DNA of 64,000 nucleotides from Planctomycetota bacterium (GTDB lineage Bacteria; Planctomycetota; B15-G4; JADJEK01), in NCBI GenBank assembly GCA_016709145.1, contig JADJEK010000009.1:126368-190367 (forward strand), in the 5' to 3' direction. Shown piece by piece: positions 9,095-18,502 of the stretch (position 1 is its first letter; every line of letters begins with the position of its first letter). Position numbers and translations under genes: made by a program. Below the pieces are notes generated by a model that ran no database searches, was not told the origin of the DNA, and was given only the letters and a program-made list of their open reading frames with translations.

Positions 9095-10315
9095 ATGCAA
9101 GATCGCATGAGCCCGTACACGGACCAGGAATTGGAAGCGCTCTTGCGGGACGTCGAATCGGACCGCGTCGAGCGCAAGGAGTCGTTGGGGGGAGACGCGC
9201 CGACCAAGGTCCGGGAAGCCATTTGCGCGTTCGCCAACGACCTCCCAGATCATCGGCGATCAGGTGTCGTCTTCATCGGCGCGACCGACGACGGCCGACC
9301 GGTCGGACTTCCGATCACGGATGAGCTGCTGCGGTTGCTTGCGGATATGAAAACCGATGGAAACACGCTTCCGCCTCCAACGCTCGCCGTCGAGAAGCGC
9401 AAGCTGATGAACTTGGATGTGGCGGTCGTCACCGTGGAACCAGCAGACGCTCCTCCGGTTCGATTCAAGGGGAGGATTCACATCCGTGTCGGGCCGCGGC
9501 GCGCGATCGCGACCGCCCAGGACGAACGTGTTCTCAACGAGAAGCGGCGGCATCGGGATCGTCCGTTCGACACCCGCGCGGTGTCGGTCGCGACCATCTC
9601 GGATCTTGATCGTCGCCGATTCGAGGATGAGTATCTCGTATCTGCGGTCGCGGCGGACGTGCTGGCGGCGAACGAGCGCACGTACGAACAACGACTTGCT
9701 GCTACGAAAATGGTCGTTTCTGCCGACGAGCCCACACCGACGGTCCTCGGAGTCCTGGTGCTCTCGTCGCGCACCCGAGACTTCTTGCCAGGCGCGTATG
9801 TCCAGTTCTTGAGGATCGCCGGCCGAGACTTTGCCGACGACGTCGTCGATGAGCAGACGATCGACGGCGCGGTCGCCGACTTGCTTCGCCGAGTCGAAGA
9901 GAAGTTGATGGCGCACAACCAAACGAGCGTGAGCTTCGCAGAGTCGGTCGTCGAGCGACGGCGATCGACCTACCCAATGGCAGCTCTCCAACAGATCGTG
10001 CGCAATGCCGTGATGCACCGCAGTTATGAGATCACGAACTCACCGATTCGGATCACGTGGTTCGACGATCGAATCGAGATTCTGAGTCCGGGTGGCCCGT
10101 ACGGAGTCGTTACCGAGAGCAATTTCGGCCAGCCAGGGATCGCCGACTATCGGAATCCGAGCTTGGCGGAAGCACTCAAGGTACTTGGGTTCGTGCAGAA
10201 GTACGGCGCTGGAATTGCGACGGCGCGTCGGGCACTCGCAGAGAACGGGAATCCGATCTTCGAGGTCGAGATCACGCAGTCGCACGTCAATTTCACGTTG
10301 CGAGCGCGTTCGTGA
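9095..10315 (+). CDS. COG2865-type ATP-binding protein (AlbA_2/Schlafen-like divergent AAA domain plus RecG-C-terminal-like HATPase_c_4 domain); often annotated as a putative transcriptional regulator
   Basis: 406 aa. N-terminal AICAFANDLP...GVVFIGATDDG segment typical of the AlbA_2 domain. C-terminal LQQIVRNAVMHRSYE segment typical of HATPase_c_4. Lies in a lower-GC island. Confidence 0.65.
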   Translation: MQDRMSPYTDQELEALLRDVESDRVERKESLGGDAPTKVREAICAFANDLPDHRRSGVVFIGATDDGRPVGLPITDELLRLLADMKTDGNTLPPPTLAVEKRKLMNLDVAVVTVEPADAPPVRFKGRIHIRVGPRRAIATAQDERVLNEKRRHRDRPFDTRAVSVATISDLDRRRFEDEYLVSAVAADVLAANERTYEQRLAATKMVVSADEPTPTVLGVLVLSSRTRDFLPGAYVQFLRIAGRDFADDVVDEQTIDGAVADLLRRVEEKLMAHNQTSVSFAESVVERRRSTYPMAALQQIVRNAVMHRSYEITNSPIRITWFDDRIEILSPGGPYGVVTESNFGQPGIADYRNPSLAEALKVLGFVQKYGAGIATARRALAENGNPIFEVEITQSHVNFTLRARS

Positions 10316-11310
10316 AGACCATAGCGTTCTTCAACAACAAGGGGGGTGTCGGCAAGACCTCGTTGGTCTACCACTTGGCATGGATGTATGCGGACATGGG
10401 GGTGTCGGTGATCGCCGCCGATCTCGACCCACAGTCCAATCTCACCGCGATGTTCCTCGGAGATGAACGCCTGGAGAGTCTGTGGCCAGCCTCACGGCCC
10501 AGTTCGACGGTGTTCGGTGCGATCAGGCCGCTCCTGGACGGTACCGGTGACGTCGGGACTCCGCACGTCGAACACGTCAGCGAAAGGATAGGACTGCTTG
10601 CCGGCGACCTCGCTATTTCGGAGTTCGAGGACGAGTTGACCCGACAGTGGTCGGATTGCTTGGATCGCAAGCCAAGAGCGTTTCGTGTCGTTTCCGCGTT
10701 CTGGCGACTCTGCGAAGCGGCCGCGACCGAGAGGGGTGCGACATTGGTCTTGATGGATGTCGGCCCGAATCTCGGTGCGATCAATCGAGCTGCTCTGATC
10801 GCCGCACAGAACGTCGTCATTCCGCTGGCGCCGGACCTGTTCTCGATCCAGGGTCTGCGGAATCTTGGGCCGGCGCTGTTCCGGTGGCGACGCGAGTGGG
10901 CCGATCGAGTGCAGCGCAAGCCGCCGGAGGACACGATATCGATTCCCAGAGGCGACATGGTGCCCGTTGGGTACGTAGTAATGCAGCACGCGGTTCGCTT
11001 GGATCGTCCCGTAGTCGCCTATGACCGATGGATGAAGTTGATTCCGTCGGTTTATCGAGAAGCGGTACTCAAAGAACCGGTCATCGGGCATGTTCCGTCG
11101 ATCGAAGAAGACACTCACCGACTCGCTGCGTTGAAGCACTACCGAAGTTTGATGCCGCTCGCGCAAGTGGCTCACAAGCCGATGTTCCAACTGAAGGCGG
11201 CAGATGGAGCGCTGGGCGGTCACGCGAAGGCTGTGCAGGATTGTTATCGAGACTTCCACGATCTCGCGCGTGTGATTGGCGAGCGTTGTCACGTATTCGA
11301 TTCGAATTGA
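10312..11310 (+). CDS. ParA/MinD-family P-loop ATPase, orphan (no parB or partition site recognised nearby)
   Basis: GTG start overlaps the upstream stop (GTGA). Deviant Walker A FFNNKGGVGKTS. About 332 aa. Lowest-GC segment of the window. Confidence 0.7.
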   Translation: MKTIAFFNNKGGVGKTSLVYHLAWMYADMGVSVIAADLDPQSNLTAMFLGDERLESLWPASRPSSTVFGAIRPLLDGTGDVGTPHVEHVSERIGLLAGDLAISEFEDELTRQWSDCLDRKPRAFRVVSAFWRLCEAAATERGATLVLMDVGPNLGAINRAALIAAQNVVIPLAPDLFSIQGLRNLGPALFRWRREWADRVQRKPPEDTISIPRGDMVPVGYVVMQHAVRLDRPVVAYDRWMKLIPSVYREAVLKEPVIGHVPSIEEDTHRLAALKHYRSLMPLAQVAHKPMFQLKAADGALGGHAKAVQDCYRDFHDLARVIGERCHVFDSN

Positions 11311-11346
11311 GTCGTCACGAACTGCGAACGTGAGTCGGCCGGTCCG

Positions 11347-12768
11347 TCAGAACGGAACCGTCTTCGCGAGCAGCAGCGCGACGTTCTCGACGTGATCCGT
11401 GTGCGGGAACAAGTCCACCGGCGCGACGCGCGCGAGTGTGAACGCCGGCGCCAGCGCGGCGATGTCCTTCGCTTGCGATTCGGGATTGCAGCTCACGTAG
11501 ACCAGGCGGCGCGGTCGCATCGCGCCGAGACTCTGAACGACCTTCGGATGCAAGCCGGCGCGCGGCGGATCGACGATGACGACGTCGGGTTCGCCGTACT
11601 TGCGCACGAGGTCGTGATTGAGCTTCTCGGCGATGTCGCCGGACTCGAACGCGACGTTCGTGACGCCGTTGCGGTCGGCGTTCTGGCGCGCGTGGTGGAC
11701 GGCTTCCGCGTCGAGTTCGAGACCGAGGACGCGCTTCGCGTGTCCCGACACGAACAGCGTGATCGTGCCGACACCGGAGAACAGGTCGTAGACGAGGTCG
11801 TCCTGCGTCAGGTCGGCGAACTCGAGCGCGAGCTCGTACAGGCGCTCGGCCTGCTCGGTGTTGGTCTGGAAGAACGAGGACGGTCCGATGCGGAACTCGT
11901 GCGGTCCGATGCGATCGACGACGCTGCCGGAGCCGAACACGACGCTCTGACTCTGTCCGATCGCGACCTGCGCGAGGCCCGAGTGGATCGTGTTCACGAA
12001 CGTCGTCACCGCGGGGACGTCGCGGCGCAAGAACGCGGCGATCGTGTCGATGCGTTGCGGATCGTGGCTGCTCGTGACGAGGTTGACGAGCACGTCGCTC
12101 GTTCGAGCCGGCAATCGCAGCCCGAGGTGGCGCAGGTAGCCCTCGTGCGTCTTGGTGTTCCACGGCGCGTAGCCGTGCTCGAGCGCGAGCGCGCGCAAGC
12201 CGTTCACGACCGCTTGGGCCGGCGGCGGCGGCAGGTGGCACTCGTGCAAGTCGACGACGCGGTCGAAATGCAGCGGCAAGTGCAGGCCGAGCGCGAAGTC
12301 CTTGCGCATCGGCTCGCCCGACGCGATCTCCCAGTCGGTCAGCCAGCGCCGCGCGCCGAACGAGAACTCCATCTTGTTGCGGTACTCGTAGAGCCTCGCC
12401 GCGGCGAGCGGCGTCGGCACGCCGCCCGGCACCTCGATCCGATGGCGCGCGAACGCGTCCTCGACCGCTTGGCGCTTCAGGTCGAGCTGCGCCGAATACA
12501 GCAGGTTCTGGCGCTTGCAGCCGCCGCAGTGCCCGAAGTACCGGCAGCGCGGATCGACGCGCAGCGGGCTCTTTTCGACGACTTCGAGGATCTCGGCCTC
12601 GAACATGCGGCGTGATTTGCGCGCGACGCGCACACGCAGCGTGTCGCCGGGGACGGCGCCGCCGTGGATGTAGAGCGTTCCCTCGGGCAATCGCGCGGAC
12701 GCGAGTCCCTGGGGTTCGATCTGGTCGACGGTGAGAGTGTGTTCGTTGCCGATGCGGAAGGCGGGCAT
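11347..12768 (-). CDS. rlmD: 23S rRNA (uracil-5-)-methyltransferase RlmD/RumA family (TRAM domain, [4Fe-4S] Cys cluster, SAM methyltransferase)
   Basis: Start taken at MPAFRIGNEH (ATG complement at 12766-12768). The long 688-aa ORF is an upstream in-frame extension. Conserved CxxxxxxCxxC plus a C-terminal Cys, DLFSGVGTITL SAM motif and C-terminal VDLFPHTDHVE motif. Confidence 0.8.
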   Translation of the reverse strand: MPAFRIGNEHTLTVDQIEPQGLASARLPEGTLYIHGGAVPGDTLRVRVARKSRRMFEAEILEVVEKSPLRVDPRCRYFGHCGGCKRQNLLYSAQLDLKRQAVEDAFARHRIEVPGGVPTPLAAARLYEYRNKMEFSFGARRWLTDWEIASGEPMRKDFALGLHLPLHFDRVVDLHECHLPPPPAQAVVNGLRALALEHGYAPWNTKTHEGYLRHLGLRLPARTSDVLVNLVTSSHDPQRIDTIAAFLRRDVPAVTTFVNTIHSGLAQVAIGQSQSVVFGSGSVVDRIGPHEFRIGPSSFFQTNTEQAERLYELALEFADLTQDDLVYDLFSGVGTITLFVSGHAKRVLGLELDAEAVHHARQNADRNGVTNVAFESGDIAEKLNHDLVRKYGEPDVVIVDPPRAGLHPKVVQSLGAMRPRRLVYVSCNPESQAKDIAALAPAFTLARVAPVDLFPHTDHVENVALLLAKTVPF

Positions 12769-12891
12769 GAGGCGGAGCAGGGTAGAGGGTCGAGACGACG
12801 GACGGTCGGGGCTTCTTCGACGGGCTGCTAACTTGGTCTCCCCGTGTCGACGTCGACGGCGGTGTCGGTGGCGCGCTTTGGAGGACTCGGA

Positions 12892-13701
12892 ATGCGTCGA
12901 TGGCTGGTCGTGGCCGCGTTGGTGTTCGCTTGGGCGTCGATTGCGGCAGGCTGGGGCACGAAAGGCCACGGCATCACCGGGATCATCGCGGAGAAGTTCC
13001 TGACCGCCGACGCGAAGGCCGGCGTCGAGGACTTGATCGGGCGTTCGCGGCTCGTGTGGATCTCGACGTGGGCGGACGTGATCCGCGACGAGCAACCCGA
13101 CACGGCCCCGTGGCATTACGTGAACATCGCGCCGGGCGCCGAGGGCTACGAGCGCGAGCGCGACTGCGCGGATGGACGCTGCGTGGTCGAGAAGATCGAG
13201 GAGATGAAGCGCGTACTGGTCGATCCAGACCGCGAGAAGACCGAGCGCGTCCACGCGCTGAAGTGGCTGGTCCACTTGGTCGGCGACGTGCATCAGCCGC
13301 TGCATTGCGCGAACGCGGCCGATCGCGGCGGCAACTCGATCCACGTCACGCTCGACGGCGAGCGCTACAACCTGCACGAGCTGTGGGACTCGACGGTGAT
13401 CGAGCGTCAGCACCTCGACGAGGGCGCGTACGCGAAGGCGTTGATCGACGAGATCCGCGAATCGGACGTGGCGTCGTGGCAGCAGGGCTCGGCGGCGGAA
13501 TGGGCGACCGAAACGTGGAAGCTCGCGCGGACGGTCGCCTACGTCGACGAGCGCGGCGAGGCGATCGTGGACGGCGCCAAGCTCACGCGCACGTACGTGA
13601 CGACGCGCGTGCCGGTGATCGACGAGCAGTTGAAGAAGGCCGGAGTCCGACTCGCGGGGCTGTTGAACGACGCTTTCAAGCCTGCCGCGCCACCCAAGTG
13701 A
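12892..13701 (+). CDS. S1/P1-family secreted endonuclease
   Basis: Signal peptide MRRWLVVAALVFAWASIAAG followed by WGTKGH, then HY, HLVGDVHQPLH and NxxDxGGN Zn-ligand motifs. An in-frame upstream ATG at 12844 is an alternative start. Confidence 0.75.
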   Translation: MRRWLVVAALVFAWASIAAGWGTKGHGITGIIAEKFLTADAKAGVEDLIGRSRLVWISTWADVIRDEQPDTAPWHYVNIAPGAEGYERERDCADGRCVVEKIEEMKRVLVDPDREKTERVHALKWLVHLVGDVHQPLHCANAADRGGNSIHVTLDGERYNLHELWDSTVIERQHLDEGAYAKALIDEIRESDVASWQQGSAAEWATETWKLARTVAYVDERGEAIVDGAKLTRTYVTTRVPVIDEQLKKAGVRLAGLLNDAFKPAAPPK

Positions 13702-13713
13702 TCGCCGCCGCGA

Positions 13714-13947
13714 TCACTTCGCGATCATCGCGAGCAGCTCGTCCTTGCGGAAACCGATCATCACGTCTTCGCCGACCACGATCGTCGGCGTCGAGCGCGA
13801 GCCGAGCGCCATCAGTTCGTCGAGCGCGGCGTCGTCTTCGGTGATGTCCTTGTGCGTGAACGGGATCCCGTGCTGTTTCAGGAACTCCATCGCGCTGTGG
13901 CAGGGCGGGCAGCCGGGCTGGTGGTAGACGACGATGTTCTTGGCCAT
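13714..13947 (-). CDS. glutaredoxin/NrdH-like small redoxin (CPPC active site)
   Basis: 77-aa ORF with YHQPGCPPCH thioredoxin-fold motif and TPTIVVG motif. Confidence 0.75.
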   Translation of the reverse strand: MAKNIVVYHQPGCPPCHSAMEFLKQHGIPFTHKDITEDDAALDELMALGSRSTPTIVVGEDVMIGFRKDELLAMIAK

Positions 13948-14130
13948 GTTGGGCTCTCCTCAGGGCGCCGTTCATAGCACCCCGGACGGAGCTTCGCACG
14001 GGCCGCGTCGGTCGGGAAATCTCGCAACGTGAGTTACCTCGACACCGTCGGACGGGTTCCTGATAGGGCGAGCAGTCGTTTCGAAGAACTCCCGGCGGAC
14101 CGTCGGGCGAGCAAGGACGAGGAGTCGACG

Positions 14131-15429
14131 ATGCATCGAACGTGGATGGCCGTGGGGTTCGCGATGTTCCTCGGATCGGCGACGGGACAAGTCGTCGTCG
14201 GCGACGTCGACGGCGATGGGACCGACGACGTCGTGGTGACCGGGACGAAGGGCAAGGACCACTTCGTCGTGGTCGATCGGCCGGGCAATCCCGATGTGGT
14301 CGTCAGCCTCGATCGCAACGGCGACGGCGATTTCCTCGATGCCGGAGAACTCGACGCGCAGGTGTTCGCGCCGTCGACCGCGGCGTTCGGGATCGTGCGC
14401 ATCGCGACCGGCAAGGGGGACGACACGGTCGACGTCACGCTGGACGGGACGCTCGCCGTGCCGCGCGTGCTCGCGATCGAGCTCGGTTCCGGAGCGAACG
14501 CGTTCGCGATCTCCGGCATGCCCGGCGCGCAGGTGGTGGGCGGCGGCCTGACGATCGACGTCACGGGGAGTTCGAAGTCCGACGTCGTCGAGTTCGACTT
14601 CGCGTCGATCGCGTGCGACGACGCGTCGATCGCGTTGCGGTTCGCCGCGGGTTCGGGCGCCGACGACTTGACCGTGGACCTCGGCGCGTTGGCGGGCGCG
14701 ACGATCGTCGACCTCGATGCGGATCTCGGCAAGAAGAACGACGTCGCGCTGCTGCGCAAGTCGGGAACTTGGTCCGAGGGCGCGACGGTCTCGCTCGCGC
14801 TCGAAGGCAACGCCGGGAACGACGAGGTGCGGTGCGAGCTCACGGACGGCCTGCTGGACGATGCGCAACTCGAGCTGCGCGTGAGTTTGTCGAGCGGCAA
14901 CGACGTGTTCGAGACGTTCGTCGACGCCGCGACGTTCGACGTCACGAGCGCCACGGAGTCCGCGCGCGTGAGCTTGCGCGGCACCGGCGGCAGCGGGCGG
15001 GACTCGTTGATCCTGAACACCGCGTTGACGGTCGGGACGATCGCGCTCCAAGGAGTGATCGACGTCGACTTCCGCGGGGAGTCGGAGGACGACACGATCA
15101 CGTTCGACCTCGACGCGCCGCAGGCGCTCGGCTTCGGCGCGGGCGGCGACGCGCTGCTGCGGCTGCGCCTCGACGGTGGCGCGGGCAACGACTTGATCCA
15201 CACGAATCTGTCGAACGACGCGAGCGGCGTCCCCGCGTACGACGTCGAGATGCGCGGCGACGCCGGCGCGGATCAACTGACGTACGGCGCGCAGAACGCG
15301 ACGCCGGGCGGGAACACCGCCGCGAACTACCCGCCGCGCGGAGCGATGTTCATCGATGGCGGCGAGGGCGAGGACGGAGGCTTCGCCTTTGGGAACGCCT
15401 TCGGCGTGGACGTGGTCCGAGTGCCTTGA
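14131..15429 (+). CDS. secreted acidic repeat protein with degenerate RTX/haemolysin-type Ca-binding repeats
   Basis: Start at MHRTWMAVGFAMFLGSATGQ (signal peptide) preceded by an AGGACGAGGAG Shine-Dalgarno. Repeated GxGxDxL/V units (GGAGNDLI, GDAGADQLTYG, GNAGNDEV, GSGADDLTV). Confidence 0.6.
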   Translation: MHRTWMAVGFAMFLGSATGQVVVGDVDGDGTDDVVVTGTKGKDHFVVVDRPGNPDVVVSLDRNGDGDFLDAGELDAQVFAPSTAAFGIVRIATGKGDDTVDVTLDGTLAVPRVLAIELGSGANAFAISGMPGAQVVGGGLTIDVTGSSKSDVVEFDFASIACDDASIALRFAAGSGADDLTVDLGALAGATIVDLDADLGKKNDVALLRKSGTWSEGATVSLALEGNAGNDEVRCELTDGLLDDAQLELRVSLSSGNDVFETFVDAATFDVTSATESARVSLRGTGGSGRDSLILNTALTVGTIALQGVIDVDFRGESEDDTITFDLDAPQALGFGAGGDALLRLRLDGGAGNDLIHTNLSNDASGVPAYDVEMRGDAGADQLTYGAQNATPGGNTAANYPPRGAMFIDGGEGEDGGFAFGNAFGVDVVRVP

Positions 15430-15616
15430 CGCCAGCTCGGGCGTCGGCTTCACAAACGAGCGAAGCCCCCCTTTGGGAACCCCCGCGCCCTTGAGTCGCG
15501 CGTGAGACTTGACGACGTCCCTTGGCGACGGACTGGTTACTCGGGCGCGCGCGAGCTTGAACCCGAGGGAGAACTTCGGGTCGCGCTTCGCGCTCCGCGG
15601 TGGCGATTGAAGGAGT

Positions 15617-15646
15617 GGGGACAGAGCAGATGAGGGGACTGTCCCC
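15617..15646. repeat. REP-like hairpin type 1 (GGGGACAG-AGCAGATGAGGGGA-CTGTCCCC)
   Basis: Inverted repeat seen in the sequence. Identical copy at 23554-23584. Confidence 0.8.
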
Positions 15647-15664
15647 ACCGAGCTCGACGGCCAT

Positions 15665-15692
15665 GACGGGGACGGAGGCGCGTCTGTCCCCG
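15665..15692. repeat. REP type 2 (GACGGGGACGGAGGCGCGTCTGTCCCCGT), same sequence as the REPs flanking the RAYT gene
   Basis: Exact match to the REP copies at 47774-47803 and 48526-48555. Confidence 0.8.
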
Positions 15693-15757
15693 TTCGCGTC
15701 GGGTCTCGGTCACCGGTCACCGGGACTGCCGTCTCGCGTCCCTCGCACCTGCAACCA

Positions 15758-17512
15758 TCACCACCAGATCGGGATTCCGAGCATCCACGCCCTCGCTCCC
15801 TCGCGCTCGCGCTCTCCCCACTTGGAGTGGAGCAGGATTCCCCAGAGGAGGTCGAAGCTCTTGTGCTCGCGGTCGTTCTCGTAGCAGATCGCGTTCGCGG
15901 CCAGGCCGAAGCGGGCCCTGCGCTCCGAGCCCTCGTTGCGCCCGTGCCACGTGAAGATCAGCGGGATGCGCGCGTACGAGTAGTCGACGGTGCGGTCGGT
16001 GGACATGCCGACCAAGCCGAGCAGCATCCAGAAACCGAAGCGGTCCGCGTTGTTCTCGGTGTGCAGCGCGAGGCTGTTGAGGACGCGGAACTTGTAGCCG
16101 TCGTCGTGCGAGCGCCAATCGACGCCCCAGTTGCCCGCGACCTTGAACTCGAACGACTTGTGCAGCGGGCGAATCGCGAGCGGCCAGCGCAGGGCTCGCC
16201 AGTACCAGCGATCCGGGCCCTCGTCACCGTCCTGGACCGTGACCTTGGTGTCGCGCAGGAGTTGGTCCGCGACCGACTGCGCGCGGCCGTCGTGGACGTT
16301 GATCGTCACGGCGACGCGCGTGCCCTCGCGTGCGACCGCACTCGCCCCGATGGTCCCCGTACGCGGGAGGACGTAGGCCTCGAGTTCGTCGGCGAAGGCC
16401 GCTGCCTCGCGCTCGCTGTCCCACACCGTGAACCAGCCGATCGCGTCGCCGGTCGGCGTCTCCCACAGGACGTATCGATCGCCGTCCCAGCCGTCGATGT
16501 CGGACAAGTCGCCCTCGCGCGCGAGCAGCACGCGCGTGCGCAACAGGCCCAGCGTCTGCTGGTGGACTTCGCGGAACCCACTCGGTGTCGAGGGCAGCGC
16601 GATGAGTTGCGGACGGTCGAGTCGATCGACGTAGCGATCGGGATGGAGGATCTGCTCGCTCGATTCGGGCGGCGTGCGAAAGGCCTCGTCGACCGCCTCG
16701 TAGCCGTACTCGGCGCGCAGGCGATTCATGAACATCCAGCCCTTGACGTACGGGAAGTACAGCTCCGAACGCACGATGGCCGGCGCGTCTTGGAGGTCCT
16801 TCGAACCACTGCCGCCGTCGACGTCGATCTCGACGTCGCCGACGTCCGCCAGGTCGACGTGGTCGAGCCACGAGATGCCGGTGCGCAACACGGGACTCGC
16901 GAAGGAGCCGGGGAAGCCACCCGCGTCGAGCGCCGTGTCCGCGCCCGAGTCCATCGCGCTGCCTTCGCACACCGCGTGGAACGCGAGGTTGCGGTCGTCG
17001 TCGTGCGCGAGTTTCGCGTCCATCGCGCCGAGGTCGAAGTGTTGATCTTCGAGCGCGTGCGTGAGTTCGTGCGCGAGCAAGAACGGCTGCGGCAGATCAC
17101 GGTTGCCGTCGTCGTCGTCGCCGCCGGCGCGCGCGATCGTGTAGTAGCGCTTGGTCTCGGTGTCGTAGTAGCCGGCGATCTGATCGGTCATGAACTCCGA
17201 CGCCCACGACTTCATCTCGAGGTCGCGCGGCAGCAGACCGAAGACGCGGTACGCGCGTTCGGATGGCGCGCCGACCGTGTCCCACGTCTTCGCGATGGAG
17301 TCGTCGAGGTACGCCTTCAGCGTGGCCTTGTCCTGTTCCTCGACCGGAACCGGATGCTTGAAGGGGAGATCGCGCACGCGCGCGAGGACGACCTCGATCG
17401 CGGCGGCCTGGTCGGCCAACGTGTCGGTCGGCGGCGGTTCGTGCGGCAGCACGTTGCACGACGCGAACACGAAGAGCAGGACCAAAGCCGCGGGGCGGTG
17501 GGGGTGGTTCAT
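15758..17512 (-). CDS. putative lipoprotein Zn-metallopeptidase (HExxH)
   Basis: 584 aa. N-terminal LLFVFASC lipobox-like signal. HELTHALEDQH zincin motif. No closer family assignment is possible by eye. Confidence 0.6.
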   Translation of the reverse strand: MNHPHRPAALVLLFVFASCNVLPHEPPPTDTLADQAAAIEVVLARVRDLPFKHPVPVEEQDKATLKAYLDDSIAKTWDTVGAPSERAYRVFGLLPRDLEMKSWASEFMTDQIAGYYDTETKRYYTIARAGGDDDDGNRDLPQPFLLAHELTHALEDQHFDLGAMDAKLAHDDDRNLAFHAVCEGSAMDSGADTALDAGGFPGSFASPVLRTGISWLDHVDLADVGDVEIDVDGGSGSKDLQDAPAIVRSELYFPYVKGWMFMNRLRAEYGYEAVDEAFRTPPESSEQILHPDRYVDRLDRPQLIALPSTPSGFREVHQQTLGLLRTRVLLAREGDLSDIDGWDGDRYVLWETPTGDAIGWFTVWDSEREAAAFADELEAYVLPRTGTIGASAVAREGTRVAVTINVHDGRAQSVADQLLRDTKVTVQDGDEGPDRWYWRALRWPLAIRPLHKSFEFKVAGNWGVDWRSHDDGYKFRVLNSLALHTENNADRFGFWMLLGLVGMSTDRTVDYSYARIPLIFTWHGRNEGSERRARFGLAANAICYENDREHKSFDLLWGILLHSKWGEREREGARAWMLGIPIWW

Positions 17513-17638
17513 GGGTTTCGATGCTAGCGGGCCGGCCCGGGCCGGGATGGTCGGGGCGGTTTCCGTGGCCGGTCAACGCGCGGCCGGGTGGCCGGGTTCC
17601 CGCGGGGTGCCCGACTTCGGGAAGTCGGTCGACGCGGG

Positions 17639-18412
17639 TCAGGTCCGGCAGCGCGCGATCACGACTCCGACGATCGGCGCCGCGAGCGTCGGCAGCAACA
17701 TCAAGACGGCGACGGTCGTGAGCGGCGTCCCGAGCGTGCCGCCGGCGACGCGGAGCAAGTCGTTCTCGAGGCCGAACGAGCCGTTGCCGGTGTAGGCACG
17801 GACCGCGGCCGCGCTGGTCGCGAGGCCGAAGAACAGCGTCGCGTTGTGGCAGACGAGGTACAGGGCGAACGTCGCCTCGAGCAGTCGGCCGATCGCCGTG
17901 CCGTCCTCCTCGGAATGATCGAGCGAGCGCACGAGGAACACCGTCGCGAACGCGAGCTCGCCGAGATGACCCGCGAGCAAGCAGAACGTCTCGCGCCCGC
18001 CGCCGAACGCCAGCAGCCACTGCACGGGGACGACCGCGGCCAGCGCGATCGCGGACTTCCGCCACTCCGTGTTCCGGAACAAGTGCGCGGCGCAACCGAG
18101 CAGCGCCGCGGACGCGAGCAGCACGACGACCGGCGAGAACTCGCCATGGATGGTCGCGGCGTGGCCGTCGACACGGATCGCGGGGAACGACGGCAGTCCG
18201 ACCAGCAATCCCGCGATCGTGTGCCCGAGTTCGTGGACCAGCGAGGACAAGAACCACGCGACCCACGAACAGCCTTTGACGACGAACACCTGCGCCAACA
18301 GGAACCCGACTCCGAGGACCTTGAGGTCCGGAAGCCATGGCCGGCTCGGCCCGGCTTGCGGCCGGGGAGCGCGGGTCGCGCCGATGACACGGAAGGTCCG
18401 CGAGGATTCCAT
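17639..18412 (-). CDS. membrane-embedded HExxH metalloprotease-like protein (site-2-protease/M50-like)
   Basis: 257 aa and predominantly hydrophobic. HELGHTIAG sits within a predicted transmembrane helix. Confidence 0.5.
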   Translation of the reverse strand: MESSRTFRVIGATRAPRPQAGPSRPWLPDLKVLGVGFLLAQVFVVKGCSWVAWFLSSLVHELGHTIAGLLVGLPSFPAIRVDGHAATIHGEFSPVVVLLASAALLGCAAHLFRNTEWRKSAIALAAVVPVQWLLAFGGGRETFCLLAGHLGELAFATVFLVRSLDHSEEDGTAIGRLLEATFALYLVCHNATLFFGLATSAAAVRAYTGNGSFGLENDLLRVAGGTLGTPLTTVAVLMLLPTLAAPIVGVVIARCRT

Positions 18413-18502
18413 CGGCTTCCTTATCGGAACCGCTCAGGCTCTAATGTGACCTCGTTTGCACCGCACCCGGAATCCCCAGGAACGCACAGCCGGAGCCTCC
18501 CG

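Noticed and set aside
13972-15720. 582-aa minus-strand ORF
   Set aside because: Antisense to the RTX-like repeat gene and the REP-containing intergenic region. Arg-rich.
17588-18502. N-terminal 305-aa extension of the icd ORF
   Set aside because: Arg/Glu-rich junk overlapping the minus-strand membrane HExxH gene. IDH similarity begins at [11 protein letters not shown].
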